From a virus (Duplodnaviria; Caudoviricetes): a stretch of DNA of 29,680 nt. The stretch is taken from positions 1 through 29,680 of the IMG/VR virus record IMGVR_UViG_3300035181_000465; one strand, given 5' to 3'. The notes beneath the pieces were generated by a model, which was not told where the DNA came from, searched no databases, and saw only the letters and a list, made by a program, of their open reading frames with translations. The position numbers were made by a program, and so were the translations under genes. This document shows positions 18,756 to 25,947 of this stretch, piece after piece. Numbering within the stretch: the stretch's first letter is position 1; each line of letters begins with the position of its first letter.

Positions 18756-18816
18756 GTCTGCGCTCCTTCGTCGCCACGCATGTTTACACTTTGTAGCCAT
18801 TTTCTCATCAAGCCCC

Positions 18817-18844
18817 TTGACAAGTAAACATTCACGTGTATCAT
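18817..18844 (+). promoter_or_regulatory. sigma70-like promoter of a two-gene moron
   Basis: TTGACA(18817-22)-N16-TATCAT(18839-44). Confidence 0.65.
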
Positions 18845-18918
18845 ACCTACCCATGGACAGCACAGAGCTTCCACCCGATCCCCGGGGTTCAGGGGCAAAA
18901 CATCGAAGGAGCAAGACA

Positions 18919-19188
18919 ATGAACACCTACACGATCGCGCTGATTGATGGCGTCCTCTACGGAGTCGTCCCAGACGGAGGCGACATCAAGGCCGAGGTTA
19001 TGCGCGTGCTGGCCTCGGTAGACATTGATCCAGAGCAGTTTGACCTCAGCGGCCTTGAGAGCATCAAAGGATGCACCCTAACCGATGAGGTGAATGAAGG
19101 CGATGAAGTGATCTACAAATGCCGCGACGGCGGGTATCTCTACGACGAGCATGACCGCCGGTACTGCGCGGCGGTAATCCGCAAGTGA
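18919..19188 (+). CDS. acidic hypothetical protein (89 aa, moron gene 1)
   Basis: GAAGGAGC RBS then ATG 18919; downstream of the promoter; opposite strand to flanking operon. Confidence 0.7.
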   Translation: MNTYTIALIDGVLYGVVPDGGDIKAEVMRVLASVDIDPEQFDLSGLESIKGCTLTDEVNEGDEVIYKCRDGGYLYDEHDRRYCAAVIRK

Positions 19189-19237
19189 GAGCAGTTTGGC
19201 AAAAGCCATCTTTACAAAATCAAAGCCGGAGCAAGAC

Positions 19238-19513
19238 ATGGAAACCGCATACAACACCTTCAACACCGTGCATGGACCCGTCACCGTTGCCCTCTACATC
19301 TTCGTCATGGGCCGAGCTGAAGCGGTTGACGTCTACGCACTCGACAGCTTCCGCTTCGGCTGTGGAGGGTGGCGCATCGATGGTGTTATCAACGGAACCC
19401 CGATCGGGACGCGCTTCTACCCAAATGGAATCTTCTGCTCTTCCTACTTTGGCGGCGACACGGAGGACGTGGCTCGCGAGTTCCTAGCGGCGGCGCGCCA
19501 GGATGGACATTGA
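19238..19513 (+). CDS. hypothetical protein (91 aa, moron gene 2)
   Basis: GGAGCAAGAC-ATG leader nearly identical to that of the preceding gene. Confidence 0.65.
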   Translation: METAYNTFNTVHGPVTVALYIFVMGRAEAVDVYALDSFRFGCGGWRIDGVINGTPIGTRFYPNGIFCSSYFGGDTEDVAREFLAAARQDGH

Positions 19514-19538
19514 GACTGGTGGCTATTGGTAATCAGTT

Positions 19539-19913
19539 TCATGCTGACTGTCCATATGTGTCTATCACAACATCGACGCGTCCGCCTTTGACGATCTCCG
19601 GAAGCATCTCTATTCCGAGCCTGAATCGGGAATCATCAATGCCAAGCGCATCCGAGATGCCGTCAAGCCCGGACTTGAGAGACGCCACGATGTTGTCCCA
19701 ATCTCTCCGGCGCTTATCTGGAGGATAGACGCGCAGTGTGACGCACAGCGGATCGCCCTGTGGCAACGACTTAGCCATATAACGAGCGCCAGCAGCAATC
19801 GCAAGGATGCGGGCCTCTGAGCGATACCGAGCGCGTGCTCTGTGAAGCGCGGCCCAGTGCATCCGAGCGTTTGGACTCAGCGAGCGCGGCGGCCAGGGCA
19901 ACGATACAAGCAT
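19539..19913 (-). CDS. rusA: RusA-family Holliday junction resolvase
   Basis: LPWPP..SPN start and PPDKRRRDWDN...K..LDG....GIDDS catalytic motif. Confidence 0.88.
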   Translation of the reverse strand: MLVSLPWPPRSLSPNARMHWAALHRARARYRSEARILAIAAGARYMAKSLPQGDPLCVTLRVYPPDKRRRDWDNIVASLKSGLDGISDALGIDDSRFRLGIEMLPEIVKGGRVDVVIDTYGQSA

Positions 19914-19958
19914 TTTTTCACTTTGTTACAAAACATGCGTCGGATTACTTACGTGTCA

Positions 19959-20252
19959 CTAGATTGCGGCCATGACTTCCGCCAATAGGTCATCCTGGCG
20001 TCCGTACTTAGCTTCGAACCTAGCTCGCCAAGGGTGAACAGCGATCAAGCCGGGGATTCCCGTCCCGTCTTGATGGTGTCCAGCGCATAGCGGAAGAACT
20101 CGGCTATGCGCTCCGGGTTTCGTCCGTCCGTCGATATGGTGGATAGACACGGATGGATTGTGCCATCCGTCCTTACGACAAGCGACGCACCCATAAGCTG
20201 CGATTCGATCCCATAGCGCCCGCTCTTCTTTGGTCGGAGGCCGTCCCTTCAC
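19959..20252 (-). CDS. Ref-like (recombination enhancement) HNH-type nuclease
   Basis: GTG start at 20252; GCVAC..IHHIDGRTKPGAH..VLPLCAGHHQ..FEAKYG motif. Confidence 0.8.
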   Translation of the reverse strand: MKGRPPTKEERALWDRIAAYGCVACRKDGWHNPSVSIHHIDGRTKPGAHSRVLPLCAGHHQDGTGIPGLIAVHPWRARFEAKYGRQDDLLAEVMAAI

Positions 20253-20295
20253 AAATCCCCCGTCTGCTTGAGCGCCCATCGGATAAGCGCGGGCA

Positions 20296-20547
20296 TTATG
20301 TCCGCCCCGTCCTTGACGGCGTCGAGGATCGCTTTTGCGCGTGCAGCCGCTCCATCGCGGCCTTCAACTCTTCGACCGATCCGCGCGCCTTCTCTCGTGC
20401 AGTCAGCGCCTCGCGTCTTGCATCCAGTGGCATCGTAAGCAAGTGCCTTGCCTCGCACTCCACCAGCCATTCCCGGCACCATGTGCAGACAGCCCGCCCG
20501 TCCGATAACGGCGCCGTCTTTTCTCGCGTGCATTGTTCGCACCCCAT
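20296..20547 (-). CDS. conserved phage hypothetical protein with CxxC pairs
   Basis: ATG 20547 coupled (TAATG) to upstream stop; MGCEQC..CTWCREWLVECEARHLL. Confidence 0.7.
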   Translation of the reverse strand: MGCEQCTREKTAPLSDGRAVCTWCREWLVECEARHLLTMPLDARREALTAREKARGSVEELKAAMERLHAQKRSSTPSRTGRT

Positions 20548-20747
20548 TAAAAAGTTCCTGGCAGACCACAAACCTGGGCATTTCGCAATTCGATGCGAGA
20601 AACGCCGCAGCAAATCAGCGCAAAAGCCACCATAATGGCCGTAAAGCCGTTTTTTTGCACCAGTCTATACCAAGGTGGCGGCTCACAAAAATAATCGCTC
20701 CTAGGCCCTATTTTCCTGGCCTCACTGCCCGCGTCGTTTTCCCCCAT
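20547..20747 (-). CDS. small membrane protein (66 aa)
   Basis: GAGGAG RBS, one hydrophobic segment, tightly packed between neighbours. Confidence 0.55.
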   Translation of the reverse strand: MGENDAGSEARKIGPRSDYFCEPPPWYRLVQKNGFTAIMVAFALICCGVSRIELRNAQVCGLPGTF

Positions 20748-20750
20748 GTT

Positions 20751-21212
20751 TTACTCCTCCACGAACGACTCGGCCATCTGCTCCACCTGCTCCGGCGTCA
20801 GGTCAGGCCAGTATTTCTCCGCAATGAATCGGCACATGGCCCGCGCCGCCTCGTGAAATTCGCCTTCGTCCATCGTGTGAAATGCAAGGCTTTTCGGGAT
20901 GGTGACAAGGCATCGACCAAGACCCGGCATGTCTACCGCCTGCTGTTCGCATGCGATGCCGCCTTCGAGCTGTATGCGCTTGATCGCCTCGTGTGCTGTC
21001 ATGCCAGCGAAGTCCTCGATGTTTGCCGCCGCAAGTGCGCCGATGTGGTGAACCAGCCGATGAAACCGAGGGTTGCGCAGTTTCACAAGATCGGCCTGCA
21101 AGATATCGCCCACCTTGAATACCCGGCTGCGGAGCTTGCTTGCGGCGCAGTCATCAGCAGGAACGAGAGCACCTTTGACCACGCGGAGGTAGATTTTTTC
21201 GCGCCCCATCAT
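20751..21212 (-). CDS. DUF1367/NinB-like protein
   Basis: GALVPAD..RNPRFHRLV..PKSLAFHTMDEGEF motif. Confidence 0.75.
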   Translation of the reverse strand: MMGREKIYLRVVKGALVPADDCAASKLRSRVFKVGDILQADLVKLRNPRFHRLVHHIGALAAANIEDFAGMTAHEAIKRIQLEGGIACEQQAVDMPGLGRCLVTIPKSLAFHTMDEGEFHEAARAMCRFIAEKYWPDLTPEQVEQMAESFVEE

Positions 21213-21826
21213 TTCGCCGTCAGCAGTTTAGCAATGCCGCCAATCGGCGTTTTGACGCCGCCCGATTTGTAGACCTCGCGGGCCTTTGCGGGTTCGCCGA
21301 TCGGCACCGGCTTCGGAGGCTCAAGCCCGCGCATCCGGTAAACGTCATCCGAGCTTCGGTCGCCACTGAGCTTCCGCGGGTAATCGAACGCCCCACGCTC
21401 GGCATAGGCTCGGTATGACTCGCAAAACCGGTGCTGAAGATAGGACAGGTCTTTGGTCTCGGCGCGGCAAAACTTCGGCCATCCGCCCATGTCCTCGATT
21501 GCCGCATGGATCGCTGGATCGTCAAAAACAACGTCGGAATATGCCCCGACGCGCTGCGCAGCATCGAGCGCCTTGCCCCATGCTAGAGCCGCCTTGTCCT
21601 CTGTCGTGCCCTCAAGCAATCGCACGATGTCCGCAACCTTCGGAGCGAACTTACCGGCACCAGCGTTCATCGCGTGCCTGGTGAGGGCTTGACGTACCTG
21701 CTCCATCGTGTACCGCTCGCATGCAGCCCACCACACCGAAAGTAGGTACGGGCTTGCGGTCGCGCCGTAGTACGCCATTGCGTCGGTCAACAGCTCCATG
21801 AATTGATCGCGGTCTTCGGGTTTCAT
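21209..21826 (-). CDS. DUF6475-type replication-associated protein (helicase-loader position)
   Basis: Start re-called at 21826 (ATGA). F.PKVADI..AW....VGAY..VVFDDPAIHAAIEDMGGW..C motif; follows the initiator gene. Confidence 0.75.
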   Translation of the reverse strand: MKPEDRDQFMELLTDAMAYYGATASPYLLSVWWAACERYTMEQVRQALTRHAMNAGAGKFAPKVADIVRLLEGTTEDKAALAWGKALDAAQRVGAYSDVVFDDPAIHAAIEDMGGWPKFCRAETKDLSYLQHRFCESYRAYAERGAFDYPRKLSGDRSSDDVYRMRGLEPPKPVPIGEPAKAREVYKSGGVKTPIGGIAKLLTAK

Positions 21827-22704
21827 GTACCCTCTCCTTGCTGCTTGAACTTCTCCAGCCACTCTTGGCCGACGCGCCGGTTTTCTTCCTCAAGCGCGAT
21901 TTGTCGGTTGAAAAATGTCCGCTGCCCTTGCGCCTGCTGCCTGCCAGACTGCTTCGCGGACGTGTACCAATCTGCCCGAAATCCCTGCCAGCCGGCTAGG
22001 CAGCAATGGGAGATAGCGTCATGCAGGTTGATCCCGGCCTTGTCGGCTTCGCGCCTCATGCTGTCTAACACGGTCTGAGTGACCGGCCCTGCTCGCTTGG
22101 CTTTTCTGACCTCGAGCCAGTCGCTGAACGTCTGCTGGTCAACGTCAGTCGGGCATCCGGCGATGCGCGCGGCATGCGCGCCATTGCGCACGCTCTGCGT
22201 GCGCTTATCTATCTTTGGTGTTGGTGTTGGTGTTGGTGTTGGTGTTGGTGTTGGTGTTGGTGTTGGTGTTGGTGTTGGTGGCATTGCCATAGCATCGCTA
22301 TCACATGCCGCGGCATCATCTTTCAATGCCGCTGCATTGCCTAGTGCGGCATTGCCTAGTGCGGCATTGCCGAGCTTCGACCGCTGCACATCCCATCGCT
22401 TGTTCGCCTTCTCGCGCTGCTTCTGCTGCTTTTCGAGCATGGACAGAATTTCGTTATCCGCACGCTTGTTCACCCACCCGTCCTCGGTAAGCTCAAAGAA
22501 CTCCTCCAGCACCGATCGCACTGCTTCGCGCTGCGATTCTGTCTGCGCCATGACAAGGCGGCACACGGCGCGCAGCTCTGCCGGGAGCGGCTTCTCGGTC
22601 ATGTAGTAAACATCGAGCAGACGACGAAACGCTGCGTCCTCTTCCCAACTGAGGTGCCGCGTCGCGCTAACATAGTCCCCGATGTGAAAAGGGTAGTAGT
22701 TCAT
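21823..22704 (-). CDS. DUF1376/YdaU-family replication initiator
   Basis: Start re-called at MNYYPFHIGDY (22704, ATGA overlap with cro); TRHLS.EE..A.RRLLD.YY.TEKPL; C-terminal W...RKAK..GWQGF.ADW. Confidence 0.88.
   Translation of the reverse strand: MNYYPFHIGDYVSATRHLSWEEDAAFRRLLDVYYMTEKPLPAELRAVCRLVMAQTESQREAVRSVLEEFFELTEDGWVNKRADNEILSMLEKQQKQREKANKRWDVQRSKLGNAALGNAALGNAAALKDDAAACDSDAMAMPPTPTPTPTPTPTPTPTPTPTPKIDKRTQSVRNGAHAARIAGCPTDVDQQTFSDWLEVRKAKRAGPVTQTVLDSMRREADKAGINLHDAISHCCLAGWQGFRADWYTSAKQSGRQQAQGQRTFFNRQIALEEENRRVGQEWLEKFKQQGEGT
22215..22280. repeat. perfect hexamer microsatellite (TTGGTG)x11 encoding a Pro-Thr linker
   Basis: 66 nt of uninterrupted TTGGTG units. Confidence 0.97.
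22280..22374. repeat. iteron-like repeats, candidate replication origin
   Basis: 15-bp unit GCATTGCCTAGTGCG at 22334 and 22349, partial third at 22364; further GGCATTGCC at 22280 and palindrome TGCCGCGGCA at 22306. Confidence 0.6.
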
Positions 22705-22934
22705 TGCGAACCGCCTTGCAGCCGCTGCCGCATGTAGCCCCAATTGATATCCGGGCGCAGTTCCTCGCACGGAACGCCTGTCGCTGCTTCGATCTTCGGG
22801 CAAACCTTCACCGGAACCCGGCGTCGATTCGCCCACATCCAGATGCCCTGCTTGGTACTTCCGATGGCTCTGGCAAGTTGTGTAAGCCCCCCTGCCGCCT
22901 TGATAGCTCGATGTAGTCCATGTGCTTGTTCCAT
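22701..22934 (-). CDS. Cro-like HTH regulator (YdaS family)
   Basis: AIKAAGGLTQLARAIG....IWMW....VP...CPKIEAATGVPCEELRPDINW; AAGGAGC RBS. Confidence 0.9.
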   Translation of the reverse strand: MEQAHGLHRAIKAAGGLTQLARAIGSTKQGIWMWANRRRVPVKVCPKIEAATGVPCEELRPDINWGYMRQRLQGGSQ

Positions 22935-22945
22935 ATCTGCTCCTT

Positions 22946-23100
22946 AGTTGCGGGGTCGGCATGGTACGCACGAAGGAGAACAGTTGGCAAGCCGAGCGCG
23001 ACAGTTTTACACTCCGATTCACACTGTTACGCGCTGTTACGTGTTTCGTATGTTTGCCGTGTTTTCTGCGGTATACTCACGCCGCCGAACAACAATTCGG
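22946..23100. promoter_or_regulatory. divergent control region between cro and erf
   Basis: Non-coding; TATACT at 23072-77; CTGTTACG direct repeats 10 bp apart (23024, 23034); TTTACAC at 23006. Confidence 0.55.
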
Positions 23101-23120
23101 CGTCAACAAAAGGAGCACCC

Positions 23121-23804
23121 ATGAACACTGAACCGAAGGACGAACAAGACAAGCCGCGCACGGTCTATCAGCTCATCGCAGCGGTTGCTGGCGAGCTGGC
23201 TCAGGCCGGGATTAGCAAGAACCAGCGCAACACCCAGGGAGCGGGCTACAACTTCCGGGGCATTGATGACGTTTACAACGCGGTCGGCCCCGTGCTGGCA
23301 AGGCACGGGTTGGTGATCCTGCCGCGCTGCATATCGCGCGAGTGCATCGAGCGCGTGAGCGGCAAGGGTAACGCCCTGTTTTACGTCACGGTCGAGGCCG
23401 AGTTTGATTTCGTCAGCAGCATCGACGGGAGCAAGCACACCGTGACCATGTTCGGAGAGGCGATGGATAGCGGTGACAAGGCCACGAACAAGGCGATGAG
23501 CGCGGCCTATAAATACGCGATGTTCCAAGCCTTCTGCATCCCGACCGAGGGCGACAATGACGCGGACGCGCAGACTCATACGGTTATGTCTCGTGACAAC
23601 GAGCAGGTAGAAACATTGCACGCCGATCAGGTAGCCGCGATTAAATCTCTTGCCTCTGCTGTCGGCGTCGATATTGGAGCGATTTCCAAGTTCTACCGCG
23701 TCCGGTCAATCGATGACGTGCCTGCGGCGTACTACGAAAGCATCATGCGGTCACTCGAAAAGAAACGCAAGCCGACTGAACAAGCTCAAACTGCGGAGAA
23801 TTGA
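23121..23804 (+). CDS. ERF-family single-strand annealing protein
   Basis: Start re-called at 23121 (AAGGAGC RBS); YNFRGIDDVYNA, GEAMDSGDKATNKAMSAAYKYA..IPTEGDNDAD motifs. Confidence 0.9.
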   Translation: MNTEPKDEQDKPRTVYQLIAAVAGELAQAGISKNQRNTQGAGYNFRGIDDVYNAVGPVLARHGLVILPRCISRECIERVSGKGNALFYVTVEAEFDFVSSIDGSKHTVTMFGEAMDSGDKATNKAMSAAYKYAMFQAFCIPTEGDNDADAQTHTVMSRDNEQVETLHADQVAAIKSLASAVGVDIGAISKFYRVRSIDDVPAAYYESIMRSLEKKRKPTEQAQTAEN

Positions 23805-23805
23805 A

Positions 23806-24090
23806 ATGAAAATCACCATCCCGGGATATATCTGCGCTCAAATGTACGAGTGGGACAAAAAACCCACGTTCATTTGGACTTCGATTGAACCTTCCAGCGA
23901 TCATTGTGTCGTAGTGAGGGCGCATGATCTTGACGTTGAAGTTCCTGATGATTTCGACTTCAATGCATTCAGACTTGCATCGCTTGTCAAACGCAAAGCA
24001 GAAATTAAGGAACGCGAAATCCCGCGAATTGATGAGCAGATCAAAAACGTTCTTGAGAAAATCGTGCAGAAGCGGGAAGATGTGAAATGA
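23806..24090 (+). CDS. hypothetical protein (94 aa)
   Basis: GGAG RBS, ATG 23806 right after the erf stop, ATGA coupling to exonuclease. Confidence 0.7.
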   Translation: MKITIPGYICAQMYEWDKKPTFIWTSIEPSSDHCVVVRAHDLDVEVPDDFDFNAFRLASLVKRKAEIKEREIPRIDEQIKNVLEKIVQKREDVK

Positions 24091-24920
24091 AAACAGAAGT
24101 TATGCTTGAACAAGGTTCGCAGGAGTGGCTTGATTTCCGGCGTAAGTACCGCATGGCGTCTGAAACTCCGGCAATTATGGGGCTAAGCCCATATCAAACT
24201 GTCTATGACGTGCGCTCCGCGAAGCTTGGTAAAGTCGCATTCGCAACCGAAGCTATGCGCCACGGCATTGAGCAAGAAAAAGAAGCGCGTGCAGAATACG
24301 AAAAGATGTTCGAGCCAATGCGCCCCGCCATGTTTGTTTCCGGCGATTATGGGTGCAGCCTAGACGGAATCAATATCGACGGGAGCGTCATTCTTGAGAT
24401 CAAAACACCATACAAAGACGCCCGCAATTCTGATCGGTGGCTAGCAGTTTCGCGTGGCAATCTACGGCCAGACGATTACGCGCAGGTGCAGCATCAACTC
24501 ATGGTAACTAGAGCAAGCGAGGCGCACTTTCTAGTCTTTGATGCTGAGTCTCGGAAGTTCATCATGACAACGGTCGCGCCTGATCCAACGTTTTGGGAAC
24601 AAATCAGAGCCGCATGGGATGAAGTGTGGCCTACCCTTTGGGATCGAGATGATTATGAATGGGCCGAAGCAGCAAGCGCCTATCGTACGGCCAAGGAAGC
24701 CCTTGAACTGGCAACGGCTGAAGTGGAGAAAGCCAAAAATCGGCTTGTTGAAATGACGATGGGGCTGTTAGCAATCGGCGGAGGTGTCGAGGTAAGGAAA
24801 ATCGAGCGGGCTGGCGCTGTGGATTGGGCCGCTGTCAAAAAACAGTATCTACCAGACCTAGATGTTGAGCCTTTCAGAAAGAAGGCGACTACATATTTCG
24901 AGGTCAGAGTTATTGACTGA
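24087..24920 (+). CDS. YqaJ/lambda-exonuclease family protein
   Basis: QGSQEWLDFR..ASE..AIMG.SPY, CSLDG..ILEIK and Y.QVQHQL.V motifs. Confidence 0.92.
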   Translation: MKTEVMLEQGSQEWLDFRRKYRMASETPAIMGLSPYQTVYDVRSAKLGKVAFATEAMRHGIEQEKEARAEYEKMFEPMRPAMFVSGDYGCSLDGINIDGSVILEIKTPYKDARNSDRWLAVSRGNLRPDDYAQVQHQLMVTRASEAHFLVFDAESRKFIMTTVAPDPTFWEQIRAAWDEVWPTLWDRDDYEWAEAASAYRTAKEALELATAEVEKAKNRLVEMTMGLLAIGGGVEVRKIERAGAVDWAAVKKQYLPDLDVEPFRKKATTYFEVRVID

Positions 24921-24948
24921 GTTGTTACAAAACGAAAGGAATTTAACA

Positions 24949-25389
24949 ATGCTTAACAAAGTCCAATTGATTGGCCGTGTCGGGAAAGACCCTGAAATTC
25001 GTCACATGGCAAACGGCGATGCGGTTGCGAATTTCACTATCGCCACATCGGAGCGTTTGAAGGACAAGCAGACTGGAGAAGTCACGGAGCGCACGGAATG
25101 GCACAACGTCTCAGCGTTTCGCCGTCTTGCTGAGATCATCGGTGAATACGTGCGCAAGGGGTCGCTTGTCTATATCGAGGGGAAGATTCAGACAAGGAAA
25201 TACATGAAGGACGGCGTAGAACACTATTCCACCGGCATCCTCGCATCTGAGCTTAAGCTGCTCGGCGGCAAGAGCGAAAGCCGAGAACAGCAGCCGCAGG
25301 ATCGCCGAGCGCCCGCTGTAAGGCAAAACACTCAGAAGCCTAACCAGGGCAGCGGGTTCGATGATCTTGACGATGACGTGCCGTTTTGA
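24949..25389 (+). CDS. ssb: single-stranded DNA-binding protein
   Basis: MLNKVQLIGRVGKDPEIR..TEWH..KGSLVYIEGKIQTRKY; acidic DDDVPF tail. Confidence 0.97.
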   Translation: MLNKVQLIGRVGKDPEIRHMANGDAVANFTIATSERLKDKQTGEVTERTEWHNVSAFRRLAEIIGEYVRKGSLVYIEGKIQTRKYMKDGVEHYSTGILASELKLLGGKSESREQQPQDRRAPAVRQNTQKPNQGSGFDDLDDDVPF

Positions 25390-25402
25390 TTAGGAGGCGA
25401 AG

Positions 25403-25540
25403 ATGAAACCTGAAACCAAGTTTGTATCTATTCGGATGCCTGTCGAGCTTGTTAAGCAGATAGACGCGCTAGCGAAAGAATCGATGCGCAGCCGCACGGC
25501 GCAGATTCTCGTGATTTTGATGCAAGCGTTGAAGCGGTGA
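25403..25540 (+). CDS. Arc/CopG-like ribbon-helix-helix regulator (45 aa)
   Basis: Not in ORF track. AGGAGG RBS; MKPETKFVSIRMPVELVKQIDALAKESMRSRTAQILVILMQALKR fits the RHH pattern. Confidence 0.85.
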   Translation: MKPETKFVSIRMPVELVKQIDALAKESMRSRTAQILVILMQALKR

Positions 25541-25546
25541 TATACT
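25517..25546 (+). promoter_or_regulatory. extended -10 promoter overlapping the RHH stop codon
   Basis: TTGATG(25517-22)-N18-TATACT(25541-46) with TGn extension at 25538-39. Confidence 0.6.
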
Positions 25547-25552
25547 GCGCCC

Positions 25553-25606
25553 GCTCCTTCGGTGCTTTTCGCACCACTTCGCCCCGCCCCGTGCGGGGCT
25601 TTTTTA
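25553..25606 (+). ncRNA. predicted ~54-nt sRNA with 5' anti-SD seed
   Basis: Bounded by promoter and terminator; 5' GCUCCUUC, hairpin GGUGC-UUUUC-GCACC, terminator hairpin; no ORF. Confidence 0.5.
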
Positions 25607-25609
25607 TTT
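25581..25609 (+). terminator. Rho-independent terminator
   Basis: GCCCCGC-cccgt-GCGGGGC followed by TTTTTTATTT; at the junction of convergent units. Confidence 0.9.
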
Positions 25610-25786
25610 CGGCCAAGCAGGGTCGGCAAGTTTCTCGCTCAAGTACAGACGCCATGCATACGTGAGCCGCTTCCGATTGCGCCACTGGTACGCGGTGATC
25701 GGCTTCACGCCAAGGACTCGGGCCAGCGCTCGGACGGTGCCGCCGCATCTGGCAACGGCTGCATGGATGATTTCTTCGTCAGTCAT
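25604..25786 (-). CDS. small Cro/CI-like HTH protein (60 aa), apparently leaderless
   Basis: AVARCGGTVRALARVLGVKPITAYQW HTH; upstream TTGTTT(25821-16)-N17-TAAACT(25798-93)-N6-ATG. Confidence 0.75.
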   Translation of the reverse strand: MTDEEIIHAAVARCGGTVRALARVLGVKPITAYQWRNRKRLTYAWRLYLSEKLADPAWPK

Positions 25787-25947
25787 AGCCCGAGTTTACA
25801 CCGGTAGCGCACGGGAAACAAGGGTTGCCTTGTTACCAACTTTTACACTTTATTCTCGCGTCCTCTAGAGTTTGCTGGCGATTTGTAGTATACTAGCGTA
25901 AACGTAGCGACGGGATGCTGCGGGATCAAAAGCAACAGGAGCAAGCA

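Noticed and set aside
18771-18903. Invertible promoter switch
   Set aside because: Flanking inverted repeats are short, imperfect and RBS-derived, and no invertase is present; kept only as a check under the mirror-leader finding.
21823-23022. 399-aa ORF as a single extended initiator
   Set aside because: The extension overlaps cro in another frame; the family motif starts at ATG 22704, coupled to the cro stop.
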